Assembly: GCF_006345805.1 (NCBI RefSeq)
Contig: NW_021827096.1
Coordinates: 1-11,117, forward strand
From: Octopus sinensis
Taxonomy: Eukaryota
DNA: 11,117 nucleotides
Reading direction: 5' to 3'
Shown: piece by piece, positions 1 to 8,581 of the stretch
Layout of the letters: the number at the start of each line of letters is the position of its first letter
How positions within the stretch are numbered: the first letter of the stretch is position 1
Position numbers and translations under genes: made by a program
Notes under the pieces: generated by a model
The model's database searches: none
What the model was told of the DNA's origin: nothing
The model's input: only the letters and a program-made list of their open reading frames with translations

Positions 1-46
1 ATTCGTGCTATTTCTCTGTGGTTTTGGAGGATTATTATCATAGCTA

Positions 47-48
<2 letters not shown>

Positions 49-135
<87 letters not shown>
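49..135. repeat. (ATT)n microsatellite
   Basis: Directly visible run of ATT triplets. Confidence 0.97.
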
Positions 136-136
136 T

Positions 137-612
137 AGTGAGAGAGCAGTGCATGCCATCAAAGTGACACTGGGGTAAAATATACGAAGCCCAGTATACC
201 CATCATGACTACCCGTCTGATAAGGGTACACTAAACACATGCATCACAACCATATGTGCGTGACATGGTGATCTCATATCATGATAAACAGCACATGACC
301 TTGCAGGTGGGGCCCAGTTGGAATTTTATTCTGGTCGAGTAGCCCATCCCGCTCAAAAGGTACCTGAATAAGGTTTGTTTAAGGATGTTGAACAAAACAC
401 CCACGTTTCCAAACGTGAATTCTTCAAATCCCCAAAAATCCCTCTCAGCACATAGCTATGATGCTCCCCCACTACTTCTGCTGGTGATCAGAGATGCACG
501 TATCATCAGCCACTAAGGGACATGCTCAACTGGGTAAGGTCAAACAACTGACAAACAAATCTGTGGTATTGACCAGAATATTTGCTGTAACCCATCTTTT
601 ATACCAATATAA
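137..612 (-). mobile_element. Interspersed repeat, probably the 3' portion of a non-LTR retroelement, with an (AAT)n tail
   Basis: Complex 475-bp block bounded by (ATT)n on both sides. On the minus strand it ends ...GGCATGCACTGCTCTCTCACT followed by (AAT)n. It resembles a recalled high-copy octopus repeat; no coding motif or Pol III boxes were recognised. Confidence 0.5.
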
Positions 613-613
613 A

Positions 614-676
<63 letters not shown>

Positions 677-706
677 CATCATCATCATCATTATTATTAT
701 TATTAA

Positions 707-761
<55 letters not shown>
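614..761. repeat. (ATT)n microsatellite with an internal (CAT)n block
   Basis: Directly visible; source of the poly-Y/H and poly-N/D ORFs. Confidence 0.97.
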
Positions 762-950
762 GCATACGAGGAGATGCGTACACCCCATAGTCACCGAAAA
801 TAGGTCGGAAATCCCGTGAGTCGGAAATTCTGGTTTCACTAATGGCCACTACATCGACTTCAGTTCTCTGAGGTCCTTCAGCAGGTGATACCGCTTCCAA
901 GGTAACCCGAGGCCACCGACATTCCCACTTCCTATTCTGTACACGACCAT
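762..950 (-). pseudogene. Frameshifted, truncated N-terminus of a LINE ORF2 apurinic-like (APE) endonuclease, L1/Tx1-like
   Basis: ATG at 950 reads MVVYRIGSGNVGGLGLPWKRYHLLKDLRELK. After a frameshift near 858-861 it reads VDVVAISETRISDSRDFRPIFGDYGVYASP. This matches APE motif I (I.S.NV.GL...KR) and motif II (D(I/V)...(Q/S)ET). The relic is cut off by the (AAT)n tract. Confidence 0.75.
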
Positions 951-1248
951 ATTTTTGGAAAAGGAAAACAAAAACAAAAGGAAAACTTCCTTGGTTTTGT
1001 TTGTGGGGGGCGGAATGCTCGTCCCTCCTGTTGGCTAGGGATATTCCCAACAGTAATTCACCAAGAATTTTCTTAGTGAAATTCCCTTGACAATCTCCGA
1101 TTTCCTGTGGGAACTGGGCTTTTATGTGTGAGTACATGTTTTGTGTTGTTTGAATGATTTGTATGTTTGCAGGCAGGGACATTCTGATAAGCTTGAAAAA
1201 TTGTTATGATATTATGATATTTTCCTTAACATGAAACCAATAGTAATC

Positions 1249-1565
1249 TTGTTGTTTGTTATTGTTTGTTCCTTCTCGAGCTACGCCTGACTCATAAGGG
1301 CCGGTTTCCCGGTTTCCTTGGCGTATAGGTTCCCCACCTCAACGAGACGCCGGTCCGTAGCAGGTGAGCTGCAAGATGCAGGAGGAGAGAGTGAGAGAAA
1401 GTCGTGGCGAAAGAGTCAGCAGACGTTCGCCATTACCTTCTTCAGGAGACGCCTGGAGCTTAGGCGTTTTCGCTCGTAAACACACACATCGCCATGGTCT
1501 GAGAGTCGAACCCGCAATCCCTCGACCGCGAGTCCGCTGCTCTAACCACTAGGCCATGTGCCTCC
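1249..1565 (-). mobile_element. Full-length tRNA-derived SINE
   Basis: Minus strand begins GGAGGCACA, then A box TGGCCTAGTGG (1556-1546) and B box GGTTCGACTCT (1512-1502) at tRNA spacing, a GC-rich body, and an (ACA/ACAA)n tail at 1270-1249. Confidence 0.88.
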
Positions 1566-1570
1566 AGATG

Positions 1571-1604
1571 CACACACACTCTCCTTCTCCGTTTGTCTGA
1601 TGGT

Positions 1605-1640
<36 letters not shown>

Positions 1641-2216
1641 ATCGCTCTGTCTTTATTACACACAAACACGTACACACACACACACATTCGATTCTTCCGT
1701 CGTTGATCTTTCGCTTCCCATCTCTTTCTCTCCCTCCCTCTCCCTCTCTCTCTCTCTCTCGCACACATACACACACATACAATCGGACACACACACACAC
1801 ACAGCACACACCTTCTCTACTTATATGTTGGTCCCTTTTTCTCTCCCCCACACACATGCTCCCACACTCGCTCCCACACTCACCCTTTCTATCATTCTTT
1901 TAATTTTTCTCTCTCCATCTCTTTCTCTCCTTCTCTCTCTGTCTCCCCCACACACACATACAAACAAGGACACACTCACACGCACACACACCCCTTCTAT
2001 CAGTCTCTTGATTCTTCTCTCTCCATCTCTTTCTCTCTCCTTCTCTCTATCTCTCCCACCCATCCACACACACACATACAAACGGGGACACACACACATA
2101 CACACACCTCTATTTATCTGTTCGTCTTTTTGCCTCTCCCCTCTCACACACACATACACACATATACACTCGCACAGACTCTCTCTCTCTCTCTCTCTCT
2201 CTCCCTCTCTCTCTCT
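1571..2216. repeat. Compound (CA)n/(CT)n array with a degenerate ~110-120 bp higher-order unit
   Basis: Alternating CA and CT blocks. Units 1882-1990 and 1991-2106 share CCxTTCTATCA, CTCTCCATCTCTTTCTCTC and CACATACAAACxxGGACACA. Confidence 0.85.
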
Positions 2217-2493
2217 TCATTCTCAGCATCCGTGTTTTCTCGGAATCCACGTTTTTCTCCAGTGATATCTCAACCAGATAAATAGATTACCCCACGCCGT
2301 AGCAAACACTGAATATGTGAATATATTTCCGAAATCCTCTTCTATCATGCAGAATCCAAGATTTTACAATTGTTTGTCGTCAAATGAAAACTTTAGGAAT
2401 TTATTTATTTTGTTTAAAAATTAAAAAAACTTTTCTGTTTAAAATTTTTTAAAAATTTTCAAGCATTGTCATCGAAGAGACGCTCATTGTCCT

Positions 2494-2589
2494 TATCATC
2501 AGCTTCAGCTTCCCCATCATCGTTATCCTCGTCATGATCATCGTAATCCTCATCGTCGTCGTCATCGTCGTCGTCGTCATCATCACCAC

Positions 2590-2628
<39 letters not shown>

Positions 2629-2629
2629 T

Positions 2630-2672
<43 letters not shown>

Positions 2673-2710
2673 GCATCATCAACATCATCATCATCATCAT
2701 CATCATCGTC
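2494..2710. repeat. (CAT)n/(CGT)n trinucleotide microsatellite
   Basis: Directly visible; purest at about 2575-2707. Confidence 0.95.
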
Positions 2711-2757
2711 ACATCGTGGTCGACCCCGTAGTATTGGCTACATCTATCGTTGTCATC

Positions 2758-2767
2758 ATATATATAA

Positions 2768-2817
<50 letters not shown>

Positions 2818-2855
2818 CATATATATATATATATATATAATATATATATATATAT
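2758..2855. repeat. (CA)n(TA)n microsatellite
   Basis: Directly visible. Confidence 0.95.
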
Positions 2856-2856
2856 A

Positions 2857-3059
2857 CATTCAAAATGTGACCGCAATTTTTTTTTCCTCCGTCTTCCTTC
2901 TTTGGATCTTTCCTTTTCCTATGTTTCTGACGAGGAGCTCCGCTCGAAACGTTAAACCTTCTTTCTTTCCTTCTTTCCTGAACGTCCAATAACACTATCC
3001 TTGTTCCACGTCCTCGCGTTGTTGTGTTTACTCTTTGTGTTTTCATGTTTGGATTAATT
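2857..3059 (+). mobile_element. Short non-coding hammerhead-bearing element (Penelope-like pseudo-LTR or retrozyme-like), between TA tracts
   Basis: ~200-bp pyrimidine-rich unit flanked by (TA)n, carrying the HHR motif at 2923-2957. Confidence 0.55.
2923..2957 (+). ncRNA. Minimal type I hammerhead ribozyme motif
   Basis: GTTT (stem I), CTGACGA, G, GAGC-tcc-GCTC (stem II), GAA, ACGT (palindromic stem III), T (H17 at 2953), AAAC (stem I'). Confidence 0.65.
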
Positions 3060-3090
3060 ATATATATATCTATATATCCATATATATGAA

Positions 3091-3383
3091 TTCTTTTATT
3101 CTTTTACTTGTTTCAGTCATTTGATTGCAGCCATGCTGGAGCACCGCCTTTAGTCGAGCAAATCGACCCTAGGACTTATTCTTTGTAAGCATAGTACTTA
3201 TTCTATCGGTCTCTTTTGCCGAACCACTAAGTTAAAGGGACGTAAGCACACCAAGATCGGTTGTCAAGCGATGGTGGGGGGACAAATACAGACAAACAAA
3301 TGCACACACATACACACACGCACATATATATGTATGCATGTATACGACGGGCTTTCAATTTTCATCTCACAACGCTTTGGTCG
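3091..3383 (-). mobile_element. SINE lacking its 5' head, with an internal TG/TA microsatellite
   Basis: Reverse complement of the copy at 3522-3847 (3107-3147 vs 3792-3832: 38/41 identical). (AAAAGA)-type tail at 3091-3106. Confidence 0.85.
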
Positions 3384-3394
3384 TTGTGAGTGGA

Positions 3395-3494
3395 TACATA
3401 CATACACACATACATACACACATACATACATACATACATACATACATACATACATACATACATACATACATACATACATACATACATACATACA
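3395..3494. repeat. (TACA)n microsatellite
   Basis: Directly visible. Confidence 0.96.
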
Positions 3495-3521
3495 TGTGTT
3501 TAAGCACATGTATATATGTAA

Positions 3522-3847
3522 ATAGTTTGGGCCGAACAAAATCTCATGATTGGATTTGGTTGACGGAAACTGAAAGAACCCCTTCGTATATATATTTCTG
3601 TATATTCATTTAGGTGTGAATTTGTGTTTATATCCACCTACCACGACCACCACCACCATAGCTCGACAACTGATATTCGGTTGTTTACACCACCGTACAA
3701 TAGCGGTTCAGCAAAAGAGAACGCTAGAATTAGTACTAGGTTTATAAAGAATAAATCCTGGGGTCGATTTCTTTGATTAAAACCCTTTAATGCGGTGCTC
3801 CAGCATGGCCGCAGTGAAATGACTGAAACAAGCTAAAGAATAAAAAA
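3522..3847 (+). mobile_element. SINE lacking its 5' head, same family as 3091-3383
   Basis: Collinear inverted homology to 3091-3383; ends GCGGTGCTCCAGCATGGCCGCAGTGAAATGACTGAAACAAG plus an A-rich tail. Confidence 0.85.
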
Positions 3848-3970
3848 TTTAGAGAGCTACATATAAATTTATTTCTTTGCATTCCGAAACGTTTTGCTGA
3901 GATATCTTAAACTTGGAATCATTTTAAGCTGACGAGCAAGCTTAATATCTGCATTAATCTAAAAGAAAAT

Positions 3971-4030
3971 GGCGGTGCCCCAGCATGGCCACAGCTCATG
4001 AGCTAAAACTGGAAAAATCAAAAATCAAAA
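3971..4030 (+). mobile_element. Isolated 3'-terminal fragment of a related SINE or LINE
   Basis: GGCGGTGCCCCAGCATGGCCACAG matches the SINE 3' end at 3792-3814, followed by an (AAAATC)n tail. Confidence 0.65.
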
Positions 4031-4077
4031 TATATATATATATATACATGTGTGTATGCGTGTATGTGTGTGTGTGT

Positions 4078-4113
<36 letters not shown>

Positions 4114-4128
4114 GTGTGTGTGTGTGTG
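4030..4128. repeat. (TA)n(TG)n microsatellite
   Basis: Directly visible. Confidence 0.95.
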
Positions 4129-4302
4129 TCTGTGTTAATACAGACATGCAAATCATTTATTATTTATCATAAACTGTAATAAAATAGTTTACACATGTTT
4201 ATTAGGCTGCGAAACAATTGTTGTTAAATAAGAATATCGAATAAATAAGTTCCCTCATTTTATATTCCTTTATTTATAATTTTATGAATACGGATATATG
4301 CT

Positions 4303-4401
4303 TATATATATAAATGTGTATGTGTGTATGTGTATATACATACACACACGCATACACACACACACACACATAATATATATCATATATATACATATATATA
4401 C

Positions 4402-4449
<48 letters not shown>

Positions 4450-4471
4450 GTATATATATATATATATATAA

Positions 4472-4506
<35 letters not shown>

Positions 4507-4535
4507 TATGTATGTATGTATGTATGTATGTGTAT
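4303..4535. repeat. Compound (TG)/(CA)/(TA)/(TATG) microsatellite
   Basis: Directly visible. Confidence 0.95.
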
Positions 4536-5383
4536 GCTCTGTCTGCCTAGTCACCTGGTAGCATCATTTGTTAATTAAAATAAACGGAGAAGCACATTGT
4601 TCCCAGTGTGTACAACAACATCCGATCGTTTGAGCTACACATTGATACAATGATGCACATACACGTGCGCACACATACACACATTCGCGTGCGCAGAATT
4701 TTATGGAAGAGAGAGAGGCGGGGAATGACATAGATACTCACTGACAGTCACAGAGATTTTTACAAGATGGTTGAGAGAACGAGTGTTGGAAATAATAGAA
4801 AAGAAAAGAAAACTGAAATAAGTTAACGTAAAATAAAGAAATGACGATGAAGTAAAAGATTCTGGCCCAGATTCTCTATGATTTCCAATTGGTTTCATTC
4901 ATCAATTCTTATAAATCACCTTAGGAAATAAAACCCCGACCCTCACCCAAACTCACCACAAAATCTCTCTAGCGCCTCTACTTATGACAACCTTCTGTTC
5001 TACGTCTGTACTGCACTCATCAGAAATCCCCTCATCTCTCACATCCACTTTACCACCACCAACAACACCAACAACAACATTATCGGTAAAAAAAAATTGA
5101 AATTAAATTTTTATGATTGATATACCGTATGGCTAATGTTTTATCAACAATGTTTAAAATTTATGTTAAATCATGAGGGAATGAAATGAAATGGCAAAGA
5201 GATGAGGATTCTGGTAAGCAAGGGTGTGAGAGAAGAGTGAAAGGATGGTGAATTAAAGAAAAGGGGAAAAGAAATGTAGGATATACACCTGTCAGGCTAG
5301 CTGGATATATGTATGCATGAATAGATTTAGAATGATACATGCACACAGTCAAACATATGCGCATATACGTATATGTGTTGAAA

Positions 5384-5385
<2 letters not shown>

Positions 5386-5430
<45 letters not shown>

Positions 5431-5492
5431 AATATAGATAGATACACATATATGTATATATACATATATAAGTATACTTAAATATACGTGTA

Positions 5493-5523
<31 letters not shown>

Positions 5524-5541
5524 CATACATTATTATATATA
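5386..5541. repeat. Degenerate (TA)n microsatellite
   Basis: Directly visible. Confidence 0.93.
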
Positions 5542-5544
5542 CAT

Positions 5545-5810
5545 GGAATCTTACAAATACACCCTTCGCATAAAAACTGGATATACAACTTCAATGTCCC
5601 TACATGTCTCACATCCATTTTCTTTCCTCCACCTCACTCTCTATTTTGTATCCTATCTAAATTAACTATTACTTAACCATCATCTCACACCGTCTCCGAT
5701 GAAGGGATATAATTAATAAATATCCTGGAAACATCTGTAAGACCTTCTATCTATAAATACTCTAATATTTACACAGCCTTGGTCTTTTACCTCATTACGC
5801 AAAAAATTCT
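5545..5810 (+). mobile_element. Short non-coding hammerhead-bearing element between TA tracts
   Basis: ~265-bp unit flanked by (TA)n, containing the HHR-like motif at 5692-5743. Confidence 0.45.
5692..5743 (+). ncRNA. Degenerate type I hammerhead ribozyme motif
   Basis: GTCT (stem I), CCGATGA (U4C variant), A, GGGATAT-loop-ATATCCT (stem II), G, GAAA, CATCTG (one change from the palindrome CAGCTG), TA, AGAC (stem I'). Confidence 0.55.
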
Positions 5811-5856
5811 TATATATATACATATGTTTACGTATATATATATATATATATATATT
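5810..5856. repeat. (TA)n microsatellite
   Basis: Directly visible. Confidence 0.9.
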
Positions 5857-6246
5857 AGCAATTCAATATGAGCTATATGTAGACATGCACAAATTCTGTA
5901 AGTTTAAAACCTTTCATCGGATCTCCATGAATCGAACTTTCTTCAATGCAGTTAATCTTACACTCTCTTTTGTATCTACCCCTTTTGATGTTTGGGAATT
6001 CTCTGATGTTTTTTCGGCTGACGAGTACGAGCCATCTGTATTCATTGCATTTTTTGTAGCTATATAAAGATGTCCTCGTACGAAACGATTGTACCGAGAT
6101 TTTAATCCATTCTTGTTGCTTTTTTCCTATTTGTAATCACCCCACTTGTCGTATGGTTAACACCATATAGATTTCCGGTGCATCCTAGTTAAGGACCATA
6201 TTCATGTGAATTCATTAGAATTCACTTGAATCTCAATTACTTAACC

Positions 6247-6247
<1 letters not shown>
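5857..6247 (+). mobile_element. Hammerhead-bearing non-coding element, long-stem-II family, copy 1
   Basis: Flanked by (TA)n. Contains the HHR at 6012-6099. Downstream blocks are shared with 7422-7516 at a constant offset of about 1312. Confidence 0.65.
6012..6099 (+). ncRNA. Type I hammerhead ribozyme with an intact core and extended stem II
   Basis: TCGG (6014-17), CTGACGA (6018-24), GTACGAG (6025-31) pairing with CTCGTAC (6075-81), GAAA (6082-85), CGATTG, TA (cleavage triplet GUA, 6091-93), CCGA (6094-97). All core nucleotides are canonical, including the G10.1-C11.1 pair. Confidence 0.85.

Positions 6248-6290
<43 letters not shown>
6248..6290. repeat. (TA)n microsatellite
   Basis: Directly visible. 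Confidence 0.95.
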
Positions 6291-6634
6291 AATACATGCG
6301 TATATAATACATATATGTACATACCTACGAATATATGTATATGCACATGCATATATGGGTACAGGACATAAAAAAAACGTGAAGAAAATGAGAAACGAGA
6401 ACAAAAGAAAAGAAAACATGGAAAACGTATTTTTTCCATCAACAAAAGAAACAAATAGAGAAACGTAGGTAACATAATGAACATTCCTTTCATCAGTTGT
6501 CCCCTGTTTTATCTACTCGGCGTTTCGAATTTAGGGACACATATAGATTGATAGATATATAGACCGATAAACGGACAGACAGAGAAGTACGAGGTGAGAT
6601 CTGCTATAGGCGAAATTCACGATAAATCAAATTG

Positions 6635-6680
6635 GATATATATATAGATATATATATATATATATATATATATAGATATA

Positions 6681-6715
<35 letters not shown>

Positions 6716-6755
6716 AATATACATGTGTATGTATGTGTGTGTATGTGTGTGTGTG
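6635..6755. repeat. (TA)n(TG)n microsatellite
   Basis: Directly visible. Confidence 0.93.
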
Positions 6756-6811
6756 AAAGCGATGGATAGACAGGCAGATATATAGGTTGCTCCCTCTTGA
6801 GAGGGTAAATT

Positions 6812-6894
6812 TTAAGAACATTTAAGGTAGTGGAGTTTATCAAATGACTATTAGTCAGTCAGTTGATAAACTCCACTACCTTAAGTGTTCTTAA
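6812..6894. repeat. Inverted repeat, 32-bp arms (31/32 complementary), 19-nt spacer
   Basis: 6812-6843 TTAAGAACATTTAAGGTAGTGGAGTTTATCAA versus 6863-6894 TTGATAAACTCCACTACCTTAAGTGTTCTTAA. Confidence 0.95.
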
Positions 6895-7219
6895 GAGGGC
6901 GCGTGGCTTAGTGGTTAGGGCATTCGGCTCATGATCGTAAGGTTGTGAGTTCGATTCCCGGCGACGCGTTGTGTCCTTGAGCAAGACACTTTATTTCACG
7001 TTGCTCCAGTCCACTCAGCTGGCAAAAATGAGTTGTACTTGTATTTCAAAGGGTCAGCCTTGTCACTCTCTGTGTCACGCTGATTATCCCCGAGAACTAC
7101 GTTAAGGGTACACGTGTCTGTGGAATGCTCAGCCATTTTCACGTTAATTTCACGAGCAAGCTGTTCCGTTGATCGTATCAGCTGGGACCCTCGTCGTCGT
7201 AACCGGCGGAGTCTTTAAG
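6895..7219 (+). mobile_element. Full-length tRNA-derived CORE-type SINE with a ~12-bp target-site duplication
   Basis: A box TGGCTTAGTGG at 6904-14 and B box AGTTCGATTCC at 6948-58. MIR-like CORE segment GTGTCCTTGAGCAAGACACTTTATTTCAC...CTCAGCTGGCAAAAATG. Flanking direct repeat AAGTGTTCTTAA (6883-94) / AAATGTTCTTAA (7220-31). Confidence 0.9.
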
Positions 7220-7239
7220 AAATGTTCTTAAAATTTAAA

Positions 7240-7541
7240 TCCACATCTTTGTCTATATATCTACCTACTATATAAGGTTATCCCTTGATATGAAAATTAT
7301 GTATTAATGGAAAACCTCTATAAATGGCTGATGAGTGCTCAGCATTTTAAAACTGTTGTAATGCTTATAACATTTAATAAAATGATGTAGTGCGAAACGA
7401 TCGTACGAAATTACCAAAGTTATTCTTGTTGTTTATTTTGATTATAATCACCCCATGGGTTTATATGGATAACTCCATTCAAACTTCTGGTGCATCTAAA
7501 TAAGCACCATATTCATTTGAATCTAAATTTTGCTGAACTTA
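7240..7541 (+). mobile_element. Hammerhead-bearing non-coding element, long-stem-II family, copy 2
   Basis: Homologous to about 5960-6245 through shared ATTCTTGTTG, TAATCACCCCA, GGTGCATC and ACCATATTCAT; ends at (TA)n. The 5' boundary is uncertain. Confidence 0.6.
7324..7410 (+). ncRNA. Type I hammerhead motif with extended stem II and damaged stem I
   Basis: CTGATGA (7328-34), GTGCT pairing with AGTGC (7389-93), GAAA (7394-97), CGATCG (perfect palindrome), TA (7404-05). Stem I (ATGG/CGAA) is poorly paired. Confidence 0.7.
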
Positions 7542-7542
7542 C

Positions 7543-7548
7543 ATATAT

Positions 7549-7594
<46 letters not shown>

Positions 7595-7612
7595 ATATAT
7601 ACATACATATAT
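7543..7612. repeat. (TA)n microsatellite
   Basis: Directly visible. Confidence 0.95.
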
Positions 7613-7844
7613 GTATGAAGTAAAAAAATATCGATGATTGAACCTTCTTTTCTAGTCTAGGCTAATGGAGTGGACTTTCAAACTGTTCTGATGCCTTTTA
7701 TTCATAGATTCAACAACAGCAACAACATAAAGCAACTCATTCATGTGGTAGTATGAGAAGAAAATATCATTTAAGTGGAAATTTGTGAAACGTGACAGTT
7801 CACAGCAAATACCCATTACTGCCGCTACCACTGCAACGGAAAGA

Positions 7845-8110
7845 ACAACAACAATAAAAACTAAAAAAAAAATAAAACTATGAAAAAAAAAACAGAAGGT
7901 GAACAAATGAAGGAAAATGACTGAAAGATACAGAAAAAGCGAAAAGAAAAAAATGATACAGTAAGAAGGAAAGTAAAGGAGCGGAAAAGAATGAGAGAAA
8001 GAAAGGAGAAAGTAAAAAACGAAAGAGAAAGTAAAAAAAAACAACAAAGCCAGAAAGAACGAAAGGGAGAATGAAAGACAAAGAAGATAAAAAAAAAGAT
8101 AAAGAAAATA
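7845..8110. repeat. Purine-rich (A/G) low-complexity tract
   Basis: A-runs punctuated by G; produces the spurious F/L/S-rich minus-strand ORFs. Confidence 0.8.
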
Positions 8111-8344
8111 TATCAACAAAAGGGTTTTGTTGTTTAAATTCTTGCAAAGTTAGGGACCAAAATATTCTATAGCAATATTATACAAAAATGGACAGCATTT
8201 AAGCAATATTAGGAATATGCCTTCGATAAAACAAATGAAATTTAATCTGATGAGTTTGTTCTGCGCATAATTTACTAATCATTACATACACTGGCTAAAT
8301 GTTAGGCGCTCGCGCGTATATAAACATACTATGTACATGTGTAC

Positions 8345-8359
8345 ATATATATATTTATA

Positions 8360-8404
<45 letters not shown>

Positions 8405-8413
8405 TACTATTAT

Positions 8414-8456
<43 letters not shown>

Positions 8457-8481
8457 TAGATATATATATTATCTATATATA

Positions 8482-8522
<41 letters not shown>

Positions 8523-8560
8523 ATAATGTGTGTTGTGTGGTGTGTGTGTGTGTGTGTGTG
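8345..8560. repeat. (TA)n then (TG)n microsatellite
   Basis: Directly visible. Confidence 0.95.
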
Positions 8561-8581
8561 TAAGAATGTATGTATAGATAG

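Noticed and set aside
1490-1565. tRNA-like sequences here and at 6895-6965 as genuine tRNA genes
   Set aside because: Acceptor stems are poor and each continues directly into a SINE body and tail, so they are SINE heads.
3885-3940. GAAACGTT ... CTGACGA as a type II hammerhead
   Set aside because: Stems I and II cannot be formed adjacent to the core nucleotides.
5016-5022. CTGATGA on the minus strand (also near 503-509)
   Set aside because: No stem II plus GAAA partner downstream.
6485-6530. Minus-strand GAAAC...GTA...CTGATGA as a permuted hammerhead in the block 6360-6545
   Set aside because: No stem I hairpin and an unconvincing stem II. The block may still be a repeat fragment, but I cannot support a ribozyme call.
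7655-7850. Possible coding exon after a pyrimidine tract and AG
   Set aside because: The frames examined close quickly and give no recognisable peptide; no clear donor site.
8232-8258. CAAAT-GAAA-TTTAAT-CTGATGA-GTTTG
   Set aside because: Core words and a possible stem II are present, but there is no room for stems I and III; likely chance in AT-rich DNA.
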